Source: Chiloscyllium plagiosum (Eukaryota). Taken from it: a DNA stretch of 64,000 bases. This document shows positions 1-13,036 of the stretch, in pieces (the first letter of the stretch is position 1; each line of letters begins with the position of its first letter). The stretch is from contig NC_057719.1 of assembly GCF_004010195.1 (NCBI RefSeq), positions 54,395,035 through 54,459,034 on the forward strand. Direction: 5' to 3'. The notes under the pieces are model-generated. The model did no database searches. It had not been told where the DNA came from and saw only the letters and a list, made by a program, of their open reading frames with translations. The translations under genes and the position numbers were made by a program.

Positions 1-486
1 TGTTGTGGTTTTGTTCGCCGAGCTGGAAGTTTTTGTTGCAAATGTTTCGTCCCCTGGCTAGGCGACATCATCAGTGCTTGGGAGCCTCCTGCGAAGTGCT
101 TCTTTGATGTTTCCTCCGGTGTTTATGGTGGTCTGTCCCTGCCGCTTCCGGTTGTCAGTTTCAGCTGTCCGCTGTGGTGGTTGGTATATTGGGTCCAGGT
201 CGATGTGTTTGTTGATTGAGTTTGTGGATGAATGCCATGCCTCTAGGAATTCCCTGGTTGTTCTCTGTCTGGCTTGCCCTATGATAGTAGTGTTGTCCCA
301 GTCGAATTCCTACAGCGGACAGCTGAAACTGACAACCGGAAGCGGCAGGGACAGACCACTATAAACACCGGAGGAAACATCAAAGAAGCGCTTCGCAGGA
401 GGCTCCCAAGCACTGATGATGTCACCTAGCCAGGGGATGAAACGTTTGCAACAAAAACCTCCAGCTCGGCGAACAGAACCACAACA
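1..486. mobile_element. Penelope-like element, fold-back (inverted pLTR) copy with GIY-YIG C-terminal fragment and two hammerhead cores
   Basis: 1-~175 is the reverse complement of ~312-486. The minus strand of the spacer reads EFDWDNTTIIGQARQRTTREFLEAWHSSTNSINKHIDLDPIYQP, matching the end of the PLE ORF at 23280-23420. CTGATGA...GAAAC core at 413-446 (+) and ~36-80 (-). May extend left of the window. Confidence 0.85.
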
Positions 487-504
487 TAAATGGGGATGTG
501 CAGC

Positions 505-1715
505 ATAGAATCATGGCCTTGGCCAATTCTCTGTCTCAAAGTTATTCTCCCATATCTTTTGATATTTTAACCCTCTAAAAGTCTCTTTCTTAAATATATT
601 CAGTAACTTGGCCTCCACAGCCTTCTGTGAAAGTGAATTCTGTAAGTTTATCAGCTTCTGCTTGAAGAAATTTCTCCCCATTTCAGACTCAAATGGTCTA
701 ATGTTTCTCCTGAGACCATAACTCTACATCTGGATATGCCATCCGGGGACACATTATTGCTGCTTCAGTCTGTCCAGCCCTATCAGAATGTTTTAATGAG
801 ATACCTCTCATTCTTCTAAACTCCAGTGAGTTTAGCATAATCAACCCAACTTCTCCTCATAGGACAAACCCATTATCCCAGGAATCAGTCTGATGAACTA
901 TTGCCAAACTTCCTGCAAGGCAAGTACATATGTTCTAAATAAGGAGGCCAAAATTGCACGTGACAGTGCCATATATAGCTGCAGAAAGACAACCTTGTCT
1001 CTATACTCAGAACCTCTTCCAGTAAGGTCAACATATCATTTTCCTTTCTAACCGCTTGCTTGCTTTCAGTGACTGAAATCTTCGAGGAGAAAGTGAGGTC
1101 TGCAGATGCTGGAGATCAAAGTTGAAACTTTATTGCTGGAACAGCGCAGCTGTGCAAGGACTAAGTACTTTTGTCCATCAACATTTCTTGGTCTGTCAAT
1201 TTAAATAATATACTGCTATTTTGTTTTTCCTCCCAAAGTGGACAACCTCACAGTTATCCACATTGTAATGCATCTGCCATGTGCTTTCCCACTCACTCAA
1301 CTTGTTGAAATCCTAAACATTTGCAATCACACCCAACTTACATCGTTAGCAAACTTGGATGTAATATATTTGATGGCCTCATCCAAACTATACATATACA
1401 TGCATCAATGATGATCTCCACTGCGTCAACTTGTCATTATCTTCCATTCCAAAAGAAACCCATTTACTTCTACACTCTATTCCCGCCTGCCTACTAATTC
1501 TCAATCCATGCCACCAATCCTACAGCTTTTGATTTTGTGCACTAAGTCTTGTTTGAGATACCGTCAATGGTTTTCTGAAGATTCAATTGGTCCACATTCA
1601 CTTGTTCCCCCTCATCTACTCTATAAAAGATGTCCTCAGAAACTCCATTAGTGTTGTCAAACAGGACTTGTTTTTGACAAATCCATGTTGGTTTTGTGTA
1701 ATTCTATTAATAAAG
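505..1715 (-). mobile_element. Degenerate CR1 LINE, 3' part (RT C-terminus and tail)
   Basis: Reverse-complement similarity to the 3' half of the CR1 at 8560-11563 and to 31805-33235. The same element appears to resume at ~2790-3150 after an insertion. Confidence 0.7.
1085..1150 (-). mobile_element. PLE pLTR 3' tail fragment inserted in CR1
   Basis: gaggagaaagtgaggtctgcagatgctggagatc is the reverse complement of the tails at ~13005-13034, ~58660-58692 and ~63495-63526. Confidence 0.75.
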
Positions 1716-1719
1716 ACTG

Positions 1720-2780
1720 TGTATTCCTACTTTCTATTTAAAAAACAAACAACAGTGGACTGAAATAAGACAGAGCTGATTTATAATTGGTGCTTGAAAG
1801 GTTAGCTGCAGGTTTTGAACAGGAGGTAACCTGATACACTTGCCGAATGTCATGTAAGTTACTACCATGTAAACCAGTTGTGATCAAGCATCACTTGACC
1901 TGAAATGTTAACTCTGCTTTCTCTCCACAGATGCTGCCAGACCTGCTGTGTTTTTCCAGATGTTTCTGATTTTCAGAATCTGCAATTTCATTTTTTGTTT
2001 TATGTAAACAACTGTTTGATCAAGCAGAACAAAATTTGGAGAAGAGACGGTATACAGATGCAGCTTTTACTGGAAACATTGATTGGTCAATAATCAATAA
2101 CAGAGAGAGGCCTTCTTTCCTGCCAACAATTGTGTGATTGGTTCTCAAGGAACTGAACAGTTTGGAGCTGGGAACAAGTTTCAGAAAGGAAGAAATGTTT
2201 AATTTTTCTTCAGGATGAGAGCAGCCTTTCTGTTCTCTGGAAACAAGACTTGCTGTAAACCTGAAGAATATCAGTTTATCTTTCCTGCAACAATTATTAT
2301 AAGCTGTGACTTTTAACTGATAACTCAGACATTTTTTTTGTGAGTGAACTGACCACATTGCATCTCTTATCAACCAATGGATGCGTCCGAAGAAAGACAG
2401 CTGTGGTGATCAGCAAAAGATTCAAAGGTCTCAGAAACATAATCAAGAAACAAGACTACAAAACTCTTTTTCTGCTTGTCCTCACAATGTCCAAAACTTA
2501 GTTTGTCCTGTCTGTATGTGTGTATAATGGGTAGTTTATAAGGTGATGGAGTTTTCATTTTTAATATGTCTGTGGTATATAATTGTTTACTTATAGCTCG
2601 AGTCTAATTAATTGGATTAGTGATTTTTTTGTTCAGTACATCAATTTGATCCATGTTTTCTATCAATCTGAATCTGCAAGTCAGTGAAATTGGGGAATTT
2701 TAGATACTTTAAAATACTTCACTTTTGTGATGACTCCAAGAATAGCAGGATTCAATTTTGCACTACCGTAATGAGTTGTA
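1720..2780 (+). mobile_element. LTR-like repeat interrupting the CR1 (contains a PLE pLTR piece at ~1890-2000)
   Basis: Splits a minus-strand CR1. Its 3' end (ttttgtgatgactccaagaatagcaggatt) recurs at ~57600 (ttttgtgatgattcccgaatagcaagatt). LTR identity is inference. Confidence 0.4.
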
Positions 2781-3749
2781 TGTATTTTCGAAGTGTTTTC
2801 TTTTCCCAAACCTTTATAATAGATTCCAGGATTTTCCCTCCTACTGACATTAGGCTAACAAGTCTGTAATTTTGGTTTTTCTCCCTTTCTTCTTTTAAAA
2901 AAATTTAATAGTGAGCTTAGGTTTGCCATCCTCCAATTTGCTGAGACTATTCATGAATCTACTAAAATTTTGAAAGTGACAACTAACATAACCACTATTG
3001 CCGTGGTCAACTCCTAGGCATGTAGATTATCAGGCCTTGGGGATTTATCAGCTTTCAGTCCCATTAATTTCACTGGCACTGTTTTTGTTTAATTAACTAA
3101 TACTAATCTCCTTCAGTTTCTCCTTCATAATGGACCCCTGCTTCCCTAGCAATATCCACAATGCAAACTCTGGTAGAGAGGGCGATGTCCCCAGAAGATT
3201 CCTGCAGTACCTCTCTGCTTGCTTTTACTCTGCTAGGAAATCATCCATTCCTCTTCTGCCTGTGCACTGTGTAGCTGCATGGTGATCACTCCGTTGTATG
3301 TCCTATTCTTAAAGATCTCAACCTTGCAGATATGCCATAGTGACCCCAAATGGCATTTCAGTTTGAAATGGTGGATTTCAGGTAGCTGCAGCTCAAGTCA
3401 AAGCCTGTACCTATGGTCACTCTGGATACGAAAAGTTTAGGGAATATTGATGTATACCATGGACCTTCCCTTATTCCTAAACTTCAAAGATATATATTCA
3501 GAACTCAGTCACGATCTCATTGCACTGCAGAATAGTCTTCCAGAGATAAATGGTCTACATCTACTTCTAATTTGTATTTTCCTAATGCTGTTTGTACTTA
3601 GATAAATTATTTAGACTTGGGAATAAAATTTCAAAACTGTTGATATATCCAAGTTGGAGGTGTGGTTAATACAAGAAGAAGGCAGCAAAAACAAGCATGA
3701 AAAACATCAGTAAAGTCCTAGAATAAGCAATTAACTGGTGTATGAACTT

Positions 3750-4189
3750 CTGTATAACCAAAGTGTGAAGCAAAACATTGCAGTATCAAGAAAAATATGA
3801 GAGTACTTAGGGAATAAAAAATGAGGGAGGTCTGGAGATACAGATGCACAAATCATTAAAGCAGCAACATACGTTTAAAAATCTAGAAATAAATTTTTGA
3901 CAAATCCCTCAGGTTCGTTTCTAGTGGGATAGATTTTCTGCATTTCAAATTCTACGCTAACCACTGTGCCACCATGCCGCCCTGTATAACCAAAGTGTGA
4001 AGCAAAACATTGCAGTATCAAGGAAAAATATGAGAGTACTTAGGGAATAAAAAATGAGGGAGGTCTGGAGATACAGATACACAAATCATTAAAGCAGCAA
4101 CATACGTTTAAAAATCTAGAAATAAATTTTTGACAAATACCTCAGGTTCGTTTCTAGTGGGATAGATTTTCTGCATTTCAAATTCTACG
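3750..4189 (+). repeat. 207/208-bp direct duplication (3750-3956, 3982-4189) of CR1-derived sequence separated by a 27-nt SINE-head filler
   Basis: Both copies run ctgtataaccaaagtgtg...ttcaaattctacg with only a few differences. The spacer gctaaccactgtgccaccatgccgccc is the reverse complement of the HE1 SINE 5' end. Confidence 0.95.
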
Positions 4190-4287
4190 TTAAACTTGCA
4201 TAGAAACTTGGTTTGATCACACTGGAAGCACTGTGCCAGTTCTGTTTTCCATATCATAGAAAAGACCTAGGGCACAGGAGAAAAAAA

Positions 4288-4580
4288 GAAGGACTTGCAT
4301 TTACATAGCATCTTTCATGATCACCAGATATCTTAAAGCTTTTTACACCCAAAAGAAATGTTTTGGAGTGTAGCTGCTGCATAATGTAGGAAACGCAGCA
4401 ATCTACTTGCAGCTTCTACAGACAGCCACTTGATCAATGACCAATCAGTTGTAGTGATTTTGGTCAAAAGATAAACATCAACCAGGACCCTGAGTTGATT
4501 CACCCATTATTCTTCAAAATCACGTCTTAGGATCTTTTTATATTCAACTGAGAAAGCAAATGGAGTCTTATTAATCTTGC
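4288..4580 (-). mobile_element. Deu-domain SINE (SacSINE1-like), 3' part
   Basis: Begins gacttgcatttacatagcatctttcatga and is reverse-complement similar to the copy at 17365-17790. Confidence 0.65.
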
Positions 4581-7500
4581 TCTGTGTTTCATGAGAAAGC
4601 CAAAGTTAATTTTATTTTCAAGTTTTCAAGTGTAATTTGAACTCATAGGCTCAGATATAGGAATGTTATCAACTGAGCTACAGTCAACACATCGCAGATG
4701 CCAAAAGAATTTACTATGTGATGGCAGGACTGAAATTTGAGACTTTGTTTGGAAAGATTGAGGATTAAGAAAAAAATATACTGTATAGTGACCTGATAGA
4801 GATCTTTAAGATTTATGAACCGGTTTGATAGGGAAGATATGGAGAAGATGATTTCACTTGCAGCCAAAAAGAGAGGTGGGTGTCATTACTGATAGTCACT
4901 AATAAATCCAATAGGAATTCAAATAAGCTTCTTTTAGCACAAATAAGTTCTATTATAGGTCTTGCTATAATAAGGAATAATTGAGAAGAAGGTGATACCA
5001 GACAACTAATTGAAATATGAATCTGAATATTTTGATGGACTAAAACAAGAAAGCTGCTAGGAAATTAGCATGGGAAACTAACATCAGCATGCATCTATTA
5101 GACAGTATGGTAAGTTTCTGTGTATTAAATTTGAAAAAAACATGAGAGTCAATCTTTCCAAACAGGTCAAAAACTTCAGTTCTGCCATCACATAGTAAAT
5201 TGTCTTGACATTTGCCATGTGTTGACTGTGGCTCAGTTGATACCATTCCTATCTCTGAGTAATAAGCCTACGAGTTCAAGTTGCACTTGAAGACTTGAAC
5301 ACAAAAAAATCTCATTGAAATAATAAAGGTTCGGTTAGAGCTTAACAGAGGGGGTTCTTTTCCCCTGCAAGAGAATCTAGAACTGGAGGACATAGTCTTG
5401 TGATAAGGTGCTGATTATTTAAGTTATTTCATCATGTACAACATCGAGAATATGTTGAAGTATCTTGATGATCTATTGCAGTGATTTCTACACATTTTGT
5501 CAATGAACTCCAGCATACATGAGAATCAGCAGAATAGATATTGAGTGCAATGGCATGGGGACTGAACAAACAATTGCCCAATCTTGGATGGGATAAAAGA
5601 TCTCACGAGTTCTTATAAATATGTCCATCTACCTTTGCAGTAAGAATTCATTAAAGTCTTATATACCAATTATACTTTCAGGCTCTTACAAATCATGCAT
5701 ATACTGTCAATAAATCCAAAAAATATTCATGCTCAGTACACATGACCCTATAACAAATATCCAAACACCATGATATATCAGGAGACAATATATCACTCTC
5801 CAATTTAGACATGAAATCAGAAGATCTTGAAATGAATGTTATTTTTGTCTGAAGTTGTTAAAACAAAATTCATTGAATCATATTACTTCAAAAAAAAATG
5901 ATATTGATAAATCTCTTTGCCTGATATACAGCACATTTTGAATCTTTATCTCTGAGTTACATGCCATAAACTGTTAATTAATAAGGAAAGATGTCTCTAG
6001 AGAGAAATCAAGCTGAGAACAAACAAAGTATAAATAAAATAGTTTGCTTCTGACAGATCTGTTATATTCAAAACTAGTTTCAGTAGTGTATGTCTCACCA
6101 CTTAAATATCACCACACAATCTGAAAAGGACAACATTATTTCACTACTAGCTAACAAGGTTTGATACCACTTTTGAGTTTCTTGGTGTTGATAAGAGAAG
6201 GGAATCTCAAAACAGGAAGGGAAGGTAAGACTTTGTGGTGTGAGCATACGTAGGGTGAGGGTATTGGTGGAAATTTCAGGTTAAGGGCAACCAATTCTGG
6301 AGGAACACTGGAGGTTGAAATGATGTCCTCCTGCCCCGATATCCCATCTGATATCTCAGCAGATTCCCTCTTTGGGTTTCCTCTATTCTGCTGAACTCAC
6401 CCATGAATCTGAAAGTTCAGGTTGTGTGAGAAATGAAGCTTAATGACAATTAATTGTCCAGTTTAGGACTTTAACTGGGACAAGAGCAGGCAGGCAGGAC
6501 AACCAAGCCCTTCGTAACTTTAGAGAGACATGGGCTGGGTGGGAGATTGGTGAGAAGCCCATCTGAGGAATTTTACGAGGTTGTTCGACTCTATGATCTG
6601 CCCACTCTGAATGTTTCTGGCACATGCAAGCCAGTGTCCATGTCAGAAGTGGGAGGAAGGATTTGGTGACCATTGTTTCAGTTTGGGGTTTCCAAAGCAT
6701 CAGTCCCAGTGGCAATACACGATTTAATGAAGTGAGCAGTCACATGGATTCTACTCACGGTTTGACAATGTGGACAAACAGTAAAAAAAAGTTGCAAAAA
6801 CGACATTTAAGAAAATATCGAGTTCATCAATATTTATATTGCCTATAAGAAAAGAGCAAGGTTTATGATTGTCAAATGGAATTTTATCAATTCTCAGTGG
6901 CCCAGAATAAATTTATTATTTTGAAGACATTACCCATGACGGCAGTATTTTGTTCTATGTTATATTCAAATCTATTCTCTTGGTTTTAGATTAAGATATT
7001 AAGAACCTGCTTTCATAGCAATATCAGTCATTGCATGACTGCCCCTGCTTCATGACTGAAGACAACTGAGTTATTAGCTCATAAAAATTATACAGTTGAT
7101 ATCAGCAGATAGCTCATTGTAGACTTATGCACATGCATGTGATCAGACAAAAGCTTCACTGAATGCATTTACTTATAGTTACTCTAACATTCAGAATTGT
7201 AAAGGGACATTAATCTGATGCTAGTAATAAAATCTGAAGAGCGACAGGAGATAAAATGTATTCCTTCAATGTTTTATTTTTATAAAGTACTTCCAGGAAA
7301 CGCTGCAAGGAATAAAACAAGGGGGCGATGCTAGCACACGTTTAGTTTATATTTCTTAAAATCCTTGGTAAATGCCTAATAATGCCTAGATTTACAAATA
7401 AGTGACTTCCTAGGGGCAGTTGTACAGCACATCACAATTGTATTTAAAGCTTTAATACACATTTTATGATCAAGAAAGAACGATTGAGTTGCTGCCAGCT

Positions 7501-7807
7501 TTTATTAAATTACCAAAAGCTTTTTACTGTTTAACATTTGCAATAAACATTTCACTACAAAAGGAAATTACTGAAATATTAAACTGAGTTTAAGCATTTT
7601 TCTGCTGATCTTGTGTTTCAGAAGGAGACAAACAATCAGCACAACTGAAACTTTCAATGAGCCATATAGAACTTCAATAATAGGAAAACTCATCTAGAAT
7701 CGAAAAGTATTCTTTACATACAGGCAGAATTTTACAACTTCTAATCTGTGGAGCAATCGATCTTTTGTTGCTATCAATTTGCTTCAGTTTGACTCATTTT
7801 CATTTAT

Positions 7808-8005
7808 GGGACAGTAGCATAGCAGTAACATTAATGGACTATCAATCCAGAAGCCTGGGTGGGACTTAAAATCCCACCATTGCAGCTGAATAAAAATTAA
7901 ATTATACTCCCGTTTAATCAGGAAAACAGGAAATTATCATGAAAATGAGGGAAGAAAAGTGGGGAAACCTGCAGTCCTTACTCAGGCTGGCTTTTATTTG
8001 ACTTG
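7808..8005 (+). mobile_element. Degenerate tRNA-derived SINE (same family as 55564-55950)
   Basis: Head gggacagtagcatagcagtaacattaatggactatcaatccagaag and internal ggaaacctgcagtccttact resemble the 55564 copy. Confidence 0.5.
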
Positions 8006-8559
8006 AGTAAGGATTGGGGATTAAGTTGCATGGAAAAGCCAAGTTAAAGAAGGTAGGAATGCAGGTTAGTGATAAGGTTGATTGTTACCAGAAAATAAAA
8101 GGAAGGAACAGAACGTGTGAACATCAAATTGCATCAAGCAATCCTAGAAGATGAGAAAACTTTGATAACAGTAAAAACTTAAAGTTTTGAAACTGCGATG
8201 CATTCAGAAAAAAAACATTAAGTTAACAATGCAAACAGAGATTAATTTGTGGCGATTATTGAGATGTAGTTGCTTGGAGACCTCGTTTGCAAATTGAATA
8301 GCCAACAGTGCTCAATATTTCAGAAGGACAGGCAGGAAGGTAAAGGAGGTGGTTTAGCTTTGTTAGCAAAAGAGGAGGTCGGTGCTGCTGTGAGAAAAAT
8401 GTAGCAGCTGGAGATCATAATGTAGAATTAGTCTGTGTAAAAATAAGAAATCACAAGTGAAATAATCCCTTGTGGAACAATCCCTGAAAGAATCCCTGCA
8501 GAAACAAAAAGTTTGCAGTGGGGCACAGTACAAATCACATAATACTGAGAGCTTGTAAG

Positions 8560-11500
8560 GTTCAATCTGAGACTGGTACAATTGAAAAAAGAAGTGAGTC
8601 AGACAGTCAGGGCAGGCAGGAACAAAGCAGAGAACAAGATAAGACTGATAAATTAAACTGCATTTATTTCAATACAAGAGGCCTAACAGAGAAGGCAAAT
8701 TAACTCAAAGTATGGTTAGGAACATGGGTCTGGGATATTATAGCAATTCCAGAAATGTGGCTCAGGGATAGACAGGACTGACAGGTTAATGTTCCAGGAT
8801 ACAAATGCTATAGCAAGGTTAGAAAGGGGGGCAAGAGAGGAGGGGGAGTGGCATTTTTGAAAAGGGATAATATTACAGCTGGATTTAGGGAGAATATTCC
8901 TGGAAATACATCCAGGGAAGTTATTTGGGTGGAACTGAAAATAAGAAAGGGATGATCACCTTATTTAGATTGTATTATAGAACCCTAATAGTTGGTGGGA
9001 AATTGAGAAATAAGTTTGTTAGGAGATGTCAGTTATCTGTAAGAATAATAGGGTGGTAATGGTAGGGGATTTCAACTTTCCAAACATAGTCTGGGACTGC
9101 CATAGTGTTAAGGGTTTAGATGGAGAGGAATTTGTTAAGAGTGTACAAGAAAAATTTCTGAGTCAGTATGTGGATGTACCTACTACAGAAGGTACAAAAC
9201 TTAATCTACTCTTGGGAACTAAGGCAGGGCAGGTGACTGAGGTGTCAGTGGGGGATCATTTTGGGGCTAGCAACCATAATTTTATTAATTTTAAATCATG
9301 ATGGAAGAAGGATAGGCCAGAAGTGCTAAATTGGAGGAAGGCTAATTTTGGTGGTAATAGATAAGAACTTTCAAAGCTGATTGGGGGCAGATGTTCGCAG
9401 GTAAAGAGACGGGTGAAAATGGAAAGCCTTCAGAAATGAGATAACGAGAATCCAGAGACAGTATATTCCTGTCAGGGTTAAAGGAATGGCTGGTAGGTAT
9501 AGGGAATGCTGGATGACTAGAGAAATTAAGTGTTTGGTTAAGAAAAAGAAGGAAGCATATGTCAGGTATAGACAGGAGAGATCAAGTGCATCGTTAGAAG
9601 AGTATAAAGGCAGTAGGAGAATACTTAAGAGGGAAATCAGCAGGGCAAAAAGTGGAGATAAGATAACTTTGGCAAATAGGGTCAAGGAAAATCCAAAAGA
9701 TTCTTACAAATATATTAAGGACAAAGGGTTAACTAGGGATTGAATGGGGCCCCTCAAAGTTCAGCAAGGCAGCCTTTGTGTGGAGCTGCAGGAGACAAGC
9801 GAGATACTAAATGAGTATTTTGCATCAGTGTTTACTATGGAGAAGGACATGGAAGATATAGAATGTTAGGAAATAGATGGTGACATTCTGAAAAAATGTC
9901 CATATTACAGAGGAGGAAGTTCTGGATTTCTCGAAATGCATAGAGGTAGATGAATCCCTCGGACCTGATCAGGTGTGCCCCAGAACTCTGTAGGATGCCA
10001 GGGAAGTGATTGCTGAGCCTCTTGCTGAGACATTTGTATCATTGACAGTCACAGGTGAGGTGCCAGAAGACTGGAGGTTGGCTAACGTGATACCACTATT
10101 TAAGAAAGGTGGTAAGGACAAGCCAGGGAACTATAGACCAGTGAACCTGATGTCGGTGGTAGGCAAGTTGTTGAAGGGAATCCTGAGGGACAGGATGTAC
10201 ATGTATTTTGAAAGGCAAGGACGGATTAGGGATAGTCGACATGGCTTTGAGCATGGGAAATCATGTCTCACAAACTTGATTGAGTTTTTTGAAGAAGTAA
10301 CAAAGAGGATTGATGAGGGCAGAGCAGTGGACGTGATTTAAATGGACTTCAGTAAGAAGTTCGACAAGTTTCCCCATGGGAGATTGGTTAGCAAGATTAG
10401 AGCTCATGGAATACAGTGAGAACTAGATATTTGGATACAGAACTGGCTCAAAAGTAGATGCAGAAGGCTGCGGTAGAGGGTTGTTTTTCACACTGGAGGC
10501 TTGTGACCAGTGGAGTGCCACAAGGATCAGCGTGGGGTCAACTACTTTTCCTCATTTATGTAAATGATTTGGATATGAACATAAGAAGTATCGTTAATAT
10601 GTTTGCAGATGATGCCAATATTGAAGGTGTAGTGGACAGTGAAGAGTGTTACCTCAGATTGCAACAGGATCTTGATCAGACAGGGCAATAGGCTGAGAAA
10701 TGGCAGGTGGAGTTTAATTTTGATAAATGCAAGGTGCTGCATTTTGGGAAAGCAAATCTTAGCAGGACTTATACACTTAATGATAAGGTCATAGGGAGTG
10801 ATGCTGAACAAAGAGATCTTGGAGTGCAGGTTCATAGATTTTTGAAAGTGGAGTTAAAAGGTAGATAGGTTAGTGAAGGCGGCAATTGGTATGCTTTCCT
10901 TTATTGGTCAGAGTATTGAGTATAGGAGTTGGGAGGTCATGTTACAGCTGTACAGGACAGAGTTTTTTGAAGAAGTAACAAAGAGGATTGATGAGGGCAG
11001 AGCAGTGGACGTGATTTATATGGACTTCAGTAAGAAGTTCGACAAGTTTCCCCATGGGAGATTGTGAAAGTTAAAAGGGTTCAGAAAAGATTTACAAGAA
11101 TGTTGTCAGGGTTGGAGTATTTGAGCTATAGGGAGAGCTGAATAGGCTGGGGCTGTTTTCCTTAGAGCGTCGAAGGCTGAAGGGTGACCTCATAGGGGTT
11201 TATAAAATCATGAGGGGCATGGATAGGATGCATAGACAAAGTCTTATCCCTTGGGTGGGGGAGACCAGAACTAGAGGGCATGGGTTTAGGGTGAGAGGGG
11301 AAAGATGTAAAAAGGGACCTAAAGGGGTACTTTTTCACGCAGAGGGCGGGGTGTGTCTAGGATGAGCCACCAGAGGAAGTGGCGGAGGCTGGTACAATTG
11401 CAACATTTGAAAGGCATCTGAATGGGTATATGAATAGGAAGGCTCTGGAGGGATATGGGTCAAGTGCTGGCAAATGGGACTAGATCATGTTGGGATACCT

Positions 11501-11563
11501 GGTCGGCCTGGACGTGTTGGACTGAAGGGTCTGTTTCCATGCTGTAAATCTCTATGACTCTAC
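8560..11563 (+). mobile_element. CR1 LINE, near-complete but frameshifted ORF2 (APE endonuclease + RT) with 3' tail
   Basis: ORF fragments VVMVGDFNFPNIVWD (APE), VPEDWRLANVIPLFKKGGKDKPGNYRPV, SCLTNLIEFFEEVT, TSGVPQGS and FADD (RT). Tail ctctatgactcta. Confidence 0.95.
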
Positions 11564-11763
11564 AGATACAATAATAATTACAGGTGATTTGATATGCATA
11601 GAGACTGGATTAATCAAAATGACAAAGGTAACCTCAAGGCAGAGCTCCTTGTAGCAATATGCTTGGGAACCAACCAGAGAGAGCAGACTATGGAGTTCTG
11701 AGGAACGGTCACTTGATCCAAAACTCTGATTACTTTCCACATATGCTATCAGACCTGTTGAGT

Positions 11764-11845
11764 TAAAAATCACACAACACCAGGTTATAGTCCAACAGGT
11801 TTAATTGGAAGCACAGTAGCTTTCGGAGCGATGCTCCTTCATCAC
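11764..11845 (-). mobile_element. PLE-type mini-element (AGCT-loop hammerhead family), single arm
   Basis: Nearly identical to the arms at 12573-12740. The reverse strand reads TGATGAaggagcatcgctccGAAAGCTA. Confidence 0.8.
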
Positions 11846-12531
11846 TATCACCTAATGATTAGATTAGAAAAGTGCGAATATAACACATATAAATGCGAAC
11901 GTAAGTGTTAATATTCAAAAAGGGAGAGAAGTAGAAAGTAGGAAACTATAGACCTTTTACTTTAACATTAATCACTGGGAATTTGTTAGAATCTGTGATT
12001 AAGGAGGTAATAACTGACATTTAGAAAATCAAAATGCAATCTAGCAAAGTCAGCTTGGATTCAGGAAGGATAAATTGTTTGACTAGAGTTCTTTAAAGAT
12101 GTAGCAAGTAAAGTGGATAATGGGGACACTGTAGATGTAGTACATTTGATGAGGTGCTGCACAGAAATTTAATACATGTGGGAATTATTAGCTTGAATAG
12201 AGATTTAGCTAACTGACAGAAAGCAGTCAAAATAAATGGGTCTTTTTTTTCTGGTTGAACTTTAAAACTAGTGGAGTATCACAGGGTTTGATCCTTGTGC
12301 TTAAACAATTTACAATCTTGATATTATTGAATTGGATACTGGGATAGAAGATACGATAGACAATTTGCAGATGTTAGTAAAATATGTGGCAAATTACGTT
12401 ACAATGAAGAAATAATAAATTTATAAATGGATGTGGATAGGTTAGGTAAATGGACTAAACTTCATCTGCCAGAATTTGATGTTGATAAATGAGAGTTTAT
12501 CTATTAGAAGAATAGAAACACAAATTATCTA

Positions 12532-12741
12532 TGATTTGGAGATGCCGGTGTTGGACTGGGGTGTACAAAATTAAAAATCACACAACACCAGGTTATAGTC
12601 CAACAGGTTTAATTGGAAGCACTAGCTTTTGGAGTCCTGCTCCGAACCACATCACAACCACCTGATGAAGGAGCATCGCTCCGAAAGCTAGTGCTTCCAA
12701 TTAAACCTGTTGGACTATAACCTGGTGATATGTGATTTTTT
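12532..12741. mobile_element. Fold-back PLE-type mini-element with intact hammerhead core
   Basis: Inverted arms 12573-12643 and ~12670-12740. Flanked by acaaattatcta (12520-12531) and acaaattctcta (12742-12753). Confidence 0.85.
12659..12693 (+). ncRNA. Minimal type I hammerhead ribozyme motif
   Basis: cac-CTGATGA-a-ggagc-atc-gctcc-GAAA-GCTA-gtg. Stem I is cac/gtg, stem II is ggagc/gctcc, stem III is the palindromic AGCT, and the NUH site is CUA. Confidence 0.8.
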
Positions 12742-12906
12742 ACAAATTCTCTAAAAGGGGAGAAATGTCAGAGTGTTTCAGTGCAGAGGGATCTAGGTGT
12801 CCTTAGCAGGCAACACAGTTGGTAAATGAAATTTTGGCATTTATTGTTAAAGGAATGAAATATAAAAGTAGAGTATTGTTGCTACAACTGGACAAAGCAT
12901 TAGTGA

Positions 12907-13036
12907 AGGCTAGTGAAGGGCTCTTGCATGAAGCATCAATTCTCCAGCTCCTCGGATGCTGCCTGACTTGCTGTGCTTTTCCAGCACCCCATTCTTGATT
13001 CTGATCTCCAGCATCTGCAGTCGACACTTTCTCCAC
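12907..13036 (+). mobile_element. Solo PLE pLTR with decayed hammerhead
   Basis: Same family as 21456 and 58454. 11-bp TSD agcattagtga at 12896-12906 and 13037-13047. Confidence 0.85.

Noticed and set aside
12573..12740. MITE or pre-miRNA interpretation of the fold-backs
   Set aside because: The arms are asymmetric, TSD lengths vary (about 12-15 bp), single arms occur alone, and related fold-back families adjoin PLE ORFs. This fits retrotransposed inverted pLTRs better.
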